In this document: piece after piece, positions 1 to 13,278 of the stretch | Layout of the letters: every line of letters starts with the position of its first letter | Position numbering within the stretch: position 1 is the first letter of the stretch | Assembly: GCA_048013815.1 (NCBI GenBank) | Contig: CM106586.1 | Location: forward strand, 8,184,001 to 8,248,000 | DNA length: 64,000 nt | DNA from: Setoptus koraiensis | Taxonomy: Eukaryota > Animalia > Arthropoda | Direction: 5' to 3' | Notes under the pieces: generated by a model | Told to the model about the DNA's origin: nothing | Seen by the model: only the letters and a program-made list of their open reading frames with translations | Databases searched by the model: none | Made by a program: the position numbers and the translations under genes

Positions 1-721
1 GTGAATCATCAACAGGTGAAAATGTAGCCGATAATGTGTTACATAATCAAGACAATAGCACTACTACACAACAACAATAACAAAAACAACTAATTAACGC
101 ACATTAAAACCCTTTTTGTTGTATGCAACTAAATCTAAACAGAAAAAGGAATCTTATGCAAAGAAGAAAGAGGGAGGCAAGAAGAAGATGAAGAAGAAGG
201 AATCAAAGAAGAAGAAGGGTTAAACTGTTGGATAACGTCATTCAATAACAACAACAACAGCACACATAATTATATTCGACGCAATAATAATAGCAACAAT
301 AATATTATTGATACACATCGCAGCATTAGTATCATCATTAATATGATCAACATCATTAGACACAACTATCTATATAAAGTAATATCAGAAGCAACAAAAA
401 CATTATCATCAATGCTTTTGTCGGCCAGTAAACATTTTTTACCACCACCATCATTAAATGATGGTAAACATTACATGGTTAGGCACCAAACCGATTGGCA
501 AGCAACCGGCTCACTAATATCCAGTATCGCATTATTCGCTGTGAACAAATGCGCACGAAGAAGCAATTCGTTCATATGATAATCATTATAATAACTGAAT
601 ATTTCTATTTATTATTACGTTACTATTATTTTAAAATGTTTATTATTAAATCAATCAATTAATAATTATAATAATAGTGACAACAAAAAGTTTGAGCCGA
701 AATGAGGCCACAATCCGCCGC

Positions 722-2251
722 TTAATTTTGTTGATTCTTTGACGCTTCGTGAATTTCCTCAGCCAGACTCTTGCCTCTAAACTTGGAAAATCTTCGCAAT
801 CTCATCCTGTAGGATGAATTCCCTGTGACGGGTGTGTGATTCTGAGATATGTCCATGGACGATATGAGATTTATAGTTGGACCTAACAGGGCAAATCCAT
901 CCAACTCATCACCACTTTCGGTTTGCTCATCTTTGGTATCGGCGAATTTTCGTTGAAGGCTAGAGAGGTGGCTGCTTTGTCTGGAGTTTTCACTGGACTG
1001 TTGTTGAGCTTGCTTGGTGACCGACGACGCAACTATCGGTGCTCTGAATGGTGGTGCTGAGCTAACCAACTGCATTGCTTTCTTTCTCATTTGGGTCTTG
1101 TTGGATTCCACAATATGAAAACTTTTTGATCTGTTAAAATTCAAATATGCTCGTTGCGCAGATTGATTATCATGTGAAATCTTACTTTTACTGTTGTGAG
1201 CGAATTGACCAGCTCTAGCCGGGCTCAGTAATAAATGACTATCTAATGAGACAGGTGGCGATTCAGTTAGCAGTGTGATGTTTGATAAGTCTTTCAAACT
1301 GTTGTCACATTGTTTGCTATTCTGTTCATTGACGCTTGGTCTAGCATTCAAGCTACTATACATCGTACCTTCCTGGTGAAAGCTTTCTGATCTTCTCAGG
1401 AAATTGTTCCGGATATTCTTGTTATTGCCAGAGACGCCACCAGCGTCTGGTTCAGCATTATTCATGGAATAAAAAGAACTGTATCGAGCAGTGGACTTTT
1501 GCGACGGCAACGACGACAAGCCGCTCGATCCATAGGTAAATGAAGTAGGCTGCGCTTGGTTGAATCCAACCGGATTGTTGGTTCGCAACGGCCCAAACAG
1601 TTTGTTGGGCCTCACAGCCGGCGTCACCGATTGAGAATACTGTCTTTGTTGTTGTTGATTCTTGTGTGCCTGTTGTTGCTGGTCGATCGAAATGTTGGCA
1701 TAATGATGACTGTTGCAATTGAACGGAAGGCTACGCAGTTGTGCCTCGTCTTCATCGTCATCTTGTTCCTCGTCCACTTGACATTGTTGATTTATTGAAT
1801 AAAGTGCACTGTTCCGAAAATTTGTCGCCATAGGCGCTATATTATCCTGATAATGTGTGAGCACCTTGGAAGATGAGGAATTTCTATTCACTTTGAACAA
1901 TGGTTGCGAGTGTGTCCTCTGTATGGACGGAAAGGAGACATTGTGTCCCATGTTGGCCATTATTCTGATAGGCTGGGCGCCAAGGGTAGCAATCCTATTG
2001 GATTGACCATCGTGACCCGTGGCCGATCTAGCGACGGGAATTTGATATGGGCAAACAAATTCAAATTGTTGAGTCAATTGGGATTGGAGGTTCTTCAATG
2101 GAAAAGAGAATCCCATTTTTTCACCAATTTCGTATAGCTGACTTCTTGAGAAAGTTTTCACCCTAAGCGCTTCTTTTTCCTGTTGCTCCAACTTGTTCAA
2201 GAGGCACATTATGATGATGGCCACATCCGATTCAATTAGCTCTACCTTCAT
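722..2251 (-). CDS. Hypothetical protein (~509 aa): short N-terminal folded-looking segment followed by a long S/Q/N-rich disordered region
   Basis: Uninterrupted 1.5 kb ORF. The track ORF opens at TTG 2302; the first ATG is at 2251 (MKVELIES). Contains RSxSF-type motifs (LRRSESF, FNRSKSF). Family not recognised; an upstream exon cannot be excluded. Confidence 0.7.
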   Translation of the reverse strand: MKVELIESDVAIIIMCLLNKLEQQEKEALRVKTFSRSQLYEIGEKMGFSFPLKNLQSQLTQQFEFVCPYQIPVARSATGHDGQSNRIATLGAQPIRIMANMGHNVSFPSIQRTHSQPLFKVNRNSSSSKVLTHYQDNIAPMATNFRNSALYSINQQCQVDEEQDDDEDEAQLRSLPFNCNSHHYANISIDQQQQAHKNQQQQRQYSQSVTPAVRPNKLFGPLRTNNPVGFNQAQPTSFTYGSSGLSSLPSQKSTARYSSFYSMNNAEPDAGGVSGNNKNIRNNFLRRSESFHQEGTMYSSLNARPSVNEQNSKQCDNSLKDLSNITLLTESPPVSLDSHLLLSPARAGQFAHNSKSKISHDNQSAQRAYLNFNRSKSFHIVESNKTQMRKKAMQLVSSAPPFRAPIVASSVTKQAQQQSSENSRQSSHLSSLQRKFADTKDEQTESGDELDGFALLGPTINLISSMDISQNHTPVTGNSSYRMRLRRFSKFRGKSLAEEIHEASKNQQN

Positions 2252-2968
2252 TCCTGGTTGCGTCGTTGGGGGTATTATTGGCAACAACAATGCGCTACCC
2301 AAATGTAGAAAGAATTGGTTTTAGTTTTCTCTTAGTTAACAGCAGCAGAACGCTATCAATTATTTGAGCAAAAACAAAAAGTTGAGAAGCATGACTACCA
2401 TTGATCTGCCAACTGCAAATATAAGTGCCGGTTGTTAGAAATTACAACAGAAATTCCCAAATATACAAATAAATCAACAGTTAGGCAACTGTCAATTTGT
2501 ATACAAGCAGCATGCAATCGACGATACGACTGTATGAATAGAAACGACGACAGCATTACCGAGGCATGATGTGTATCAATTCTTATAAATAGTCATAGGT
2601 CGTGGAACAAAAAACGAGCACAGCAAATTTCAAACAATAGCCATGCTTTTTGTTCTATATGATACCTGTGTGCGTTACTTGACAACAAACTGGTGGCTTA
2701 TTGTGATGTAACAATTACTCATAGTTCGCTTAGTCTAAAATAGATCGCCGCTCATCATATCGCACCTGTTGTTGAGAGTTCATCCTATAGACACAGTGCT
2801 GTTTGTGCTGCGTCATGGAACAAAATTCGGGCCACGCTCTCACCGGATGAAACTGCCGCCTCCAGATGCCCGGCGTTTGCAAGCGAGTGGCCGCGAGATA
2901 GCTTGAGATAGCGAGAGACACGTCTTCCGTTTGTTGCGGCACCCTGCGGAATCCGTTCGCTCGACACC

Positions 2969-3104
2969 CAACGAACTTTGTGCCCGATCGAACTTTTCGC
3001 CGGATCGAACTGTTGGACAGATCGAACTTTTCGCCGGATCGAACTGTTGGACAGATCGAGCATGTTGCCAGATCGAACTGTTGGACGGAGCGAACTTGAT
3101 CGAC
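2969..3104 (+). repeat. 17-bp minisatellite (~8 units, consensus GATCGAACT-N8), partly alternating as a 34-bp dimer
   Basis: Units read directly: gatcgaacttttcgccg (2986, 3020), gatcgaactgttggaca (3003, 3037), gatcgagcatgttgcca (3054), gatcgaactgttggacg (3071), with degenerate units at each end. Confidence 0.9.
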
Positions 3105-4070
3105 GGATGAAACAGTTTCGGCACCCTTGATTTGTTGACACTCCGAAAGCCACTGGTTGCAAGAAGCTAAGCAGTGCGTGTATGCGGTTGTGTGCAGTGC
3201 GCCCCCCTGCCCCCTGCCTGCCTGTCCGAGTCATGTGATACAGTTTGGGGGTGGAGTATGGGTGTGGCTGTTGTTAGTGCGGCAGAGCGAACGAAACCGA
3301 TGGATGGAATTTTTCTGTGTGTGTGTGTATGTGTGCGCACTGAATGTGCAGAGGAACTGCCATCGAATGGCAGACAGGCAGGCTCTATTCTTCAGTATGC
3401 TGTATGAGAATAGAACGACAGACAGCAAGCAGCACAGACACTCGCTCACAAACTCACATTCGATTTGGCAGCAGCAGCGGCAGTCACAGGCAGCATCTCA
3501 CGTTAAAAAGCAGCACAACAACAATACTAGCTGGCAACAGTATTAGTAATGCAGTCTAGTTGTGGTGGTGTTCTCTGACTCATGAATATCGATCCATTTT
3601 TATTCACCCACTCATCGGCACACACACACACACGCATCGCGTCAACCATATTTCAGCACACCGACAAATATCATCATTATTATTACACCAGCAGCGACAA
3701 CAACAACAACAACAACAACCACAGCAACAACATTTAATATTATTACTATTTTTCTAACCATATTATTATTACGACACATCACCACACACACACACACACA
3801 TTACACAATTATTATTTTTATATCAAACCATATTATACAGCAATACATTATTTATACAACAATTCCATCACCGGTGAACATTTGCGCTATTGCATTTGCA
3901 TCATCCAGACCAGATTAGGCAGTGATACACACACACACACTCACACAACCTAGCTAACATTCGATACAACAATAATTCCGCAATTGAGAAGAACAATTCA
4001 ATCAGAGAGACAATACGACATCCGAGAAGCCGAAGAGATACCAGAGAATAGCAGATTTTGAACGGGCAAA

Positions 4071-6285
4071 ATGTTCAGGAAGCTTCTAAACGTGGGCAAG
4101 GGCCAACTGAGCGATAAGCAGCAGCAGCATCAGCAGCAACACAAGGATTTGTTTCAATTGAACGAAATCCGATCATATGGTTTCTCTCATTTAACATGTT
4201 TGGGTTATTCGCCGACCTTGTCATTGTTGGCAGTTGGCTCTAAATTAGGCCTATTGCGTGTCCTAGGCAATCCATCTGTTGAGTTTAGTCATCAATTAGA
4301 TAGTGGGCACGCAATTAGACAAATTGAATTTATTGATTGTAGGACAACATCATCAAATACCTCAACGCCAACTAAAAGGACGCCCGTACTTCAGAGCACC
4401 ACATTAGTTAATGATCCGTCTGTTGTCAACACCATCAATGGTGCTACCAATGACAACAACGACCAACAATCAGATCAGACACAACAACAAGAAACTCAAC
4501 AACAAGCACCAGCCACGGCTAAAATTATCTGTTTAACAGATGATGGCCAATTGCATCTATTAGAGTTGAAAACTGTTAAACAAATTATATTAAATAGTTT
4601 AGAACTAACTGATAACACTACGCAAACAACAAACAATAATAACAATACAGCCGCTACAGCTGCCGACGAGTCTTGTTGTCAACAAAAACAACAACTACAC
4701 ACATCATACAAAAATACTTGTGTTGCGCCTGAATATACTAAATTAGAGAAGGTCGCTACATTTGATTTATTTGTGGCTGATAATCAACAAACTACTTTGA
4801 AGGTTGCATCAACAATTCAAGAAGAAGATCAAACTGCAGAACAATCACAAGAACAATTGCAACAACAACAGGAAGAACAAAAATCGCGTAAGGTTACAAC
4901 TATTGAGATATCATTAGATGCTCAAATTGTGTTTGTAGGCACAGAGGGTGGCTCTGTTTATCAAGTTCCATTGGAAAAATTCTCATCTTATCAACAAGCC
5001 AACAACAAACTAGATGCAGCCGAACAAGAGCAGCAGCCTAGTGACAAACTAGATTATGCAGAGGAACAGTATGTTCTTGCCTATGATGATATTGTTTCCA
5101 CTGCATTGCCCGATGATATTAAAGCAAAAAAGGCCAGCCCTGTTGAATCTATCAAACATCATCCAACTGATCCAGCCAAGATACTAGTTGGTTATCAACG
5201 TGGTCTCACAGTCTTGTTAGATATCAATAAAAAGAAATTAGATAAATTCTTCTATCACAACCAGGTGCTAGAATCATTGTGTTGGTCGTCAGATGGATCA
5301 AGCGAACAATTCTACACCTCTCACAATGATGGTAGCTACGTTAGATGGGACATGCGAGCCGGAAATAATCAAACTCAAGCCAATAATGATTTCATTGGTC
5401 AATTGTACGGACCATACCCATGCAAACCCACTCCAAAGATACAAGCATGCAAATCTATGTTGGCAGAACAACAAGAGGATTTGATTATATTTAGCGGTGG
5501 TCTACCACGAGCCCGTTACGATGGCAAAAATCCAGTTACTATCGTTAAAACTGATAGCAGTGGTAAGGATACTATTAAGACAGTGTTAGACTTTACATCA
5601 AAAGTGTTAGATTTCACTGTAATAACTAAACCAAAGATAGGCGCCAAAAGTGGTAAAAAGAACAAAAACAATCAGGGTCGCAATTATGTGGCTGTCGCTT
5701 TAGCTGTATTGGCCGAAGAAGAATTTGTTGTGATTGATCTACTACACTCTAAATCGGATCAATATTTAGAGCACGCTCTACCATATTTAAATTGTGTACA
5801 TTCATCAGCTATTACTTGTAATCAACATTACTCTGATATCAGCGATTCATTATATGAACAAATCTGTCAATATAATCAACAAGAGAAATCAGGTAAATAC
5901 AGCCCTAATGAGTGGCCCATAACAGGTGGAAAAATAATAGAAATGGGGCCAGAGAATAAATTGCACGATCTACTATTGACTGGGCATGAAGATGGCAGTG
6001 TACATTTCTGGGATGTATCAGGTTTGGCAATGAAGCATCTATTACATTTGACCACATCCAAATATTTTGGATTAGAAGATGAACTAATTCCAATAGATAA
6101 CGACGAACAACAAGATCAGCAAGATACTAACGCAACTAACGACTCAGCTTCAAGAGACGATCAAGCTTGGCCACCATTCAAACGTGTCGGTCAATTTGAT
6201 CCCTATAGTGATGATGCCCGTTTAGCTGTCAGAAAATTTTCATTGTGCCCGAAGACAGGATGTATAGTTGTAGTAGGAACTGCAG
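4071..6285 (+). CDS. l(2)gl: Lethal(2) giant larvae homolog, exon 1 (N-terminal WD40 propeller and LLGL domain, with Q/N/T-rich insertions)
   Basis: Lgl-family motifs LLAVGSKLGLLR, GPYPCKP, IIFSGGLPRA, AEEEFVVIDL, PYLNCVHSSAITC, WPITGG, DLLLTGHEDGSVHFWD, GQFDPYSDDARLAV. Ends at donor GCAG|GTGAGT (6285/6286, phase 1). Confidence 0.93.
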
Positions 6286-7669
6286 GTGAGTACCTTGTTT
6301 TTAACTCAACCCAAAATAGCAATATTTCTATTTCGATCTCAGAATTTGCGATCGTGCTGTTTCATCGACTCATAGTGTCTTTATAACTTTGGGATTCTGT
6401 TGTACGGTCATCAACATCTTGTCAGATTGATAGCTTATTGTTTCTCACTGTTGATCATGTGAAAGAGATTAGTGCGAGTGGATAATCATTATGTTTATAG
6501 CAATTAATATATTAAGCTAGCTCTCAGTTTGTAGTCTTAATCTTAGACAATCAACTATATTGAATGCTTTCGACACATCGTCTATGGTTTGAATTGCTTT
6601 CAAAATTGGAGACAAGCTCTTCCTAAGCTCTTCTTCAGATAAACCAACCTAACATCCCATATATATATATAAAGAGAGAGAGAGAGAGAGAGAGAGAGGT
6701 TCAAGCGAAGAAGTAGTAAAAATATTCAATAGGTCTATAATTCAATCAAGGTGTATTAAGTATGACTATTCGGAAAACAAGCCAATAATACATTTTCCTG
6801 TGTCCGTCAAATAATACGGAGCCAACCAATATTATCGGTCCGCTTAATCCCGTCAATCTGTTCATGATTCTCTATGAGAAAACGATTGGCTAGTCTATTT
6901 TAGTAACATCAGAAGCGTTAACAAACGAGAGCCAATTTAATGCACCACGCTTAGATTAAATACTTTATATCTCCATGGTGATGGGCAATTGTCAGTGCTA
7001 ACCTGAAACAAAACTGATTAGGTCACCTTCATCGATAATACAATCATACTGTGAGATTCAAGTTCAATGTTGTTATGTTTGTAACAATACGGCAAGTTGA
7101 CCTCCACATAAATACATTACAATTGCATAGAGAATTAAAAAGAGTGATTGACGTGGAATACAAAAGAACGGGTATCTTTATGTCTCATTAACAATGATTT
7201 TACCATATAATAATATCTCTCAGTTGAACTAACCTGATATTAACAATTACAGCATCATGTTGAATGTCACTCGTTATTCTGTGCTATGCCATGGAAAACA
7301 CTTGTCTCCAGTGAAAGAGACAAATTTACCATCAGAGCCATGATTGCTTTACACAGAGTAGAAGGAACACTTATCTAACTCTCTGTAGCTGATTGTATGC
7401 CCCACCGACTGACATACATTATGCGGCGGATAAGTTGGACTCACGAAGTTTATTGTGTTGGTCGAAGTGAATACAGCTGCCGAGCTTTGTATAAGTTGTA
7501 TATACAGTATGTAAGTGTAGCGACAGGTGAGATATTCGCCGCAGCCGCTTGCAATAAGTTACGCTGAATCGAGACTACGATTATATAGAGTCGTTATTGA
7601 AGCAACAAGTATCAACTTATGAAGTCGTGATCATTTGTTTGTGTCACGACACACACAAACACTAAGAGA

Positions 7670-7676
<7 letters not shown>

Positions 7677-7716
<40 letters not shown>
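7677..7716. repeat. (TA)n microsatellite
   Basis: About 20 TA units seen directly. Confidence 0.9.
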
Positions 7717-7721
<5 letters not shown>

Positions 7722-10700
7722 CTATAAATTCAGTCCGTAGATTCTATTATTAGAATCGCAGTGTACAAAAAGTTTTCGCAATCATGATGTCTGAAGTTCG
7801 AGCCAGTGTTCGCAGGAGAGAGAGAGAGATAAAATCTAACAAATTAAGTTCAGTTTCTGTGTGTACTCTATGGGTACATTGAAATTTGTTCATCATAGCA
7901 CTTGTATTATAAAGTTTAGCGTAGTTTATATAGAGTGTGTAGTTTAGTTTTTGGATGTGCTTAGTAGCAAGTTCGCTTGGCTAGACTAAAAGCTCCTCGG
8001 TTTTTGATTGAATCATCTGACTGAGATTCGCCAAGAGCGACATACCCACTATTGTTTCCTTGTACTCCAACTGAATGTTGTTGTTGTTCGCTAAATAGTA
8101 GAGCATGCATCAATGAACACTGTCAGATTAGCCCTCAATATAGTAGAGAAAAATTGTCTATGAGTGAAGGTCAACCACCACCATCCACCATAGTTTATGT
8201 ACTATTATTATATAACTATACCGGCATTATCAGCGCAGCTAAAGAACAGCTGTTACCAGTGGTATGACAATTACATTATTTATCTTTTAAGAAGGATTGT
8301 TTTGTACAGGTGGACAAATGTTTTATTTTTGTCGAAACGCTACTGCTGCTTCCTGTTTGTGCCAATAAAGCATGGCCATTGTCCATTGCTAAATTTTTAT
8401 TCTACAAAACATTCAGCAGTACACACCTGTTATTAGTTGATGGACAGGCGAAGCTTTATTTAGTGTTGCAAACCTTCTGTTGACATTTTTGAGCACCAAA
8501 CCACCACACGCTACATGATAAATATGTATTCACATCCTCAACTGTAGTTTGGGTGGCTCCATTCTCTTAGCTAAATAAGATAAAAATAACAGCTTTTGGC
8601 GGTTGATTAATGATCCTAGTCAATATATTTAAACAAAAGCTCCATCTTTCTCTGCCTCAACTGCCAGGCACTGTGTAGTTGCTTACTACATGTTTTCTCC
8701 GACGCTACACACGTGTCAATGCCCTCATGCGGCCAATTGATCGACCGACAATCTAATCTAGCCATTGCGAACATAAATAACTAACTAATAATATCAAAGA
8801 GAAAGAAAACATTGCATGAATTATCAGTCAGTATGGTTTAATTGGCAACAATATGATGATGTAATATGAGGTATTCATGTGGCGGCAATAACAGTACAGT
8901 AATAATTCATTCATGATGAATTATTAATGCCGCTGTCTTTTTCGTTGATTACGGAGCCAGTCCAATAAATCAATCATTTCTTTCCCTATGTCGCACTCTG
9001 TCTTTTAGGGCTCAATATGACTGACAGCCAACAGCAGCAACAACAACCTGTATCTGCACCTGTTGGCGTTCTTTCTTCTATCGTTCATTCTCCTTCCTTA
9101 CTGGGCTGATATGAAATAATTTACTGATCTTGCGCCACCAAGTCTAGCCTTCGGTCTAGCGTATTTCGATTGTCTCCATCATTCAACTTCAACTATCTAT
9201 ATGTGTCACATACTGAATTTCTCTCACGCCTCGCTGAGCCTCCAGCTTGAATTATAATTCTTGATTGACGGCTTCTCCTCTAATTTGTGCGGCCGGCTAT
9301 TTTTTATCGGGTAAATATATTTCAACAAAATGGATCATTTTCTATCTTGCTCCTTCTTTTCTGTTGTCGGATGTCTCTATTAAGCGAAACCATTCTTTGA
9401 AAGTTGATTTGCTACATAGATGCAAGCCTAGACGTTGACTGACCAAGAGTGACCATTATCTCTGTATCTGTTAGAGAGTTAGAGGAATAATGCCAACTCG
9501 AATTAACTCTCGAGGAGACTGACTGTAAAGTCAGCTCCCGCTTTTGTGCGTTCTCTGGAGAGGGTCGAAGGGCTTTCGAAGTCGCTCAAAGTGTCCAGCA
9601 GCAGCATAATAGACCTAGTGAAATTCAGATTTTAGGAAGTGGAATTATTATAATGGAATACGGAGTAAGAGAGGAATACATGTAAAAACTGCTGCTCGCT
9701 TCATAACTATTTTATTTTACTGAAGTGATTGTGCATTCGTTCAATTGTTGTTGTCTGACATTCTTTCCTGCCACTTAAACCGTCTGTGTTACCACCACTA
9801 TTGCCGCCATCGCCACCACCATAAACATTCATCTTTGGTAGAGCCTATGAACTCACACATGTTGTTGTCCCGTGATTATGTAGTTAAGGGACAACTTCTG
9901 CTTCTTTCTGAGGTGTAGACGACAACGAATGCAACTACGACGAATGCAACGATGACCAACGTTACATATACAGTACAACTATTATTATGTAACATCGTCT
10001 TGGTCGTCATAGCGTGTCATTCAAGCGTGTGCAAGCCATTCTTTTTATAAATAACTTTTCCACCTTCTTGAATCTTTCTCTTTCTCTCTTGAAATGATGA
10101 TGATGACGATCACCATCATCAAGATGATGGTGGTATCCAGACGATCAACAGGTTGTTTAATACTCTTGCACGCTCGCTCGTTCATTCAGTCACTCGTTCT
10201 TTCACTCACCAGCTCACAGAACTTTTATGCTGTTCATTTAGTTCTTTTTGATGACTTGTTGTACATGTGATGTTAGTTGGATGTTAGTCTTGTTAGCTTG
10301 TCTTTTAGTTTTTCTTCATTGCGTTTGTTCCATCCTCCGATCATTAGTGTCCTCAAGCGACCCTGAACTCACCTGTTGCTGTTGTTGTGTATGGTGTGTA
10401 GACTTTGCTGATGCTTTCATGTTCGATACATGAGTTTTGAGTCATCATAATCAGTTCAATCTTTACTCAAATGACTCTATGTGTGTTAAGAGAAAGCAAT
10501 GACAACAACAGCGAATTGAAGCTCTAACCTCTTTAATAGGCATTTACTTGTTGTTGTTTAGATATGGAATGTACAAACAGTATATATCTCACACATGAAA
10601 GTCAGTCAAATAGACCAATAGTGGTACCAATGGTGTGTCGTGTAAGGCGACACACTACAACAGTAGTCAAAAATAACAACAACAACCACATTAACAACCG

Positions 10701-13278
10701 CAACACTGGCTCGAATTGTTACTGACGTTTCAGTTTTGATTTTATTTTACCTCATTTACTATCGGCTTGTTCGACATGGCTGCCAGAAATGGCTGTTAGA
10801 CTGCAACACGATCATCAACATGTTGTTAATAATAATAATCATCATCAGTGGCGGCGGTGGCGGCATTCAGCCATTTACTGTGAGGTTTGCATGGCTAACT
10901 CGCATTCTTCATGGTTGCCTGCTGCTGTTGTTGTTGTTTCCGTAATACTATGATGAATAGGCTGTCTATTTCTCACTATACCATGTCGAACGCAACTCCA
11001 ATAATGATACTTCCTTCTTATCCGCTCATACAACTCAAGTTAAGACATCACCTGTAAGTCGTTTCTACATACTATATCGACATGTATATTTGTGGCTATC
11101 ATTATTGACTATCATCATCATCCATAGCCACAACAACAACACATCACATTACATAATTCGAGAAGAATGCTTCTTTGGTTGCAACTGACCTGATGGCAAT
11201 CCGAGCTCAAGTTGTGCTGAGATGATGACTCAAAAGTCGAAAGTTGCGGCAGCTCATTAGCAGCCCATCACTGGATCGATCTCTACAACAACAAAATCTA
11301 TTTCACATTATCATCATCATCTAGTGTAAAACTGATCTCACAAACAGGTGTACATGTATTTGGAATTTGGTTACTCTCACCGAGATGAGATGTTGTTTTA
11401 CTTCAGAGAGGAAAACTCTTCACTTGATGAACCTCACTGTTGTGGCTGCTGATGTTGAACGTTCTCTGACCGATTAGCTCTGACTTGTTACAGCATTAAG
11501 ACGTTGCTATTAGTGCCGCTATTCACATTAGAAATCGACTCGCTAGTTGTTAGTTGTACTTCTTTCGTTTTCCAATTCTTCTATACCTACTACCGATGCC
11601 GAGCCAACGTATCATTCTTGGTAACTACCAACGTGATCCAAATGCCTAATGATATTAGTGCTCGAAGATAGTTTTTTATTATTATCGTTATCATTGAGTT
11701 GAATGGATGATTCAAGTGAGTGAGTGAGCAACCACAGGAAATTTCTTTCAACATTACTAATTCATCACAAGTCATTATTGCATCTCTCATGGTATTGACT
11801 ACTATACTTACTTAATAGCTTATGTGCATAATCACCATGTGTATTTGTTCGATAAATAGAGCAATAAGTAGACGCCGTAAGAACAGTTATTTCATTTTTA
11901 AATGGATTTACCTGTTACTAAAAGCACAGCCATTATTAGCGGCGTTGATGGGTCATACCTATTAAATATTACATAATAGTCATGTGTGATACACTCCGCA
12001 GAGAGAAGTTTGATATGCCTTTCGGGTAGGGAAGAAATAGAAGTAGTCTCAGAGGACATTTGTTATTGCTTTCGGTGTGTGTCCCAAATACTATCACGAT
12101 AGCATGTTTCGTTCTGTTACAATGATAATCATTATGTAAAAAGAGCAATCGTAATTCATTCGCACTCATACACACACATACACACTAGCACACTTACACA
12201 AACAAATCTGGCAAACATCGGATTGCCGTCAGATGATAATAATGATATTTCCCCTTTTTTGCTCATGATGACACAACACCGATTATTCGCTGTTGGCACA
12301 AGAAAGAAAAATATCTGATAGGATTTGCATAGCACTTAGCATACAATTTAACAAATGGTAATTGGTTGTCATCATTTTGATGGTTTCCAATGTATGTTTC
12401 ATGGCTTTATTTCTAGACTTCATTATATTTTCCTCCGACTACTTGGTTGTTTCTGCTGTTGTTGTCTATCTTTTGGTTTGCTACCACTGCAAGTTTGATA
12501 TTCTGGGTACACCTCTTTGGAAGTCAGGCGAGAAAACAAGCTGCGAATTGTATCTAGTCACGTGTGCTGCTGTGCTGTTGATATTATTGATAGAGAGAAA
12601 AGCCTCTTGCGGAGAGCGAAAATTATACTATTGTAAGACATGCTGATAACTGTTGATGTATCTGCCTCCACATCGCCCCGAGAATCCGTTCCTTGTTGTA
12701 TACTCAACGAAAAACCTCAGCGGCTTGCCAGTCTTATATTATACCCTATGTTCATATCCACACTTGTGAGTTTATTGAGCAGATATCCTGCCAGTAAGTA
12801 TCCTGTACTTTGGTGTATCAAGGTGCAGCTTTTAGTAATTCTCATATGGCTAGAGTTCACTTCTATTGAAAGGAGGCATTGAGGCAATCGTCGCTTGCAC
12901 ACCACTAGTTATTTGTGACACTATGATTGCCGAACTTGCACGTTCATTTTATCGCCATATGTAGTGGATATTTGGACGCCCAAGCAAACCAACAGAGTAC
13001 AACGTCACACAGCGTGGACAAAACTTAAATTATCACCAACCATCCCTGTGTTTGGTTTGATTTGTTTATTTGGGCATATCCAATAACTCTTAAGAGTCGT
13101 AATATAACAAACCGATGGTTTTATATGAGCCGATTTAGAGGCAGGAAAGTTTCAAGTCTAGATCAATCAAGGAGACAACGAACTCAGAAGAATTAACTTA
13201 TTTGTTACCAAGCATCGTCGCCGGCGTCATGCTTAGTCACTTGTCAATAGGTACTTCGATCGTAATCCATTAGCTTAT

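Noticed and set aside
2969-3104. CRISPR-like appearance of the 17-bp array
   Set aside because: The variable parts are only about 8 nt and recur, there are no cas genes, and the context is eukaryotic.
2730-3757. Overlapping short ORFs around the minisatellite and the lgl leader
   Set aside because: Produced by repeats (17 is not a multiple of 3) and microsatellites; alternative start codons; no domain content.
6720-7500. Protein-looking phrases in plus frames at the start of the lgl intron
   Set aside because: Frequent stops in every frame and no recognisable motif.
10565-10590. miR-1-like string tggaatgtacaaacagtat
   Set aside because: Only the seed matches, and no complementary arm for a precursor was found.
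12380-12960. Reading with TAA/TAG as Gln in one minus frame
   Set aside because: The stop frequency is near random expectation, TGA appears just upstream, and all real genes here use the standard code.
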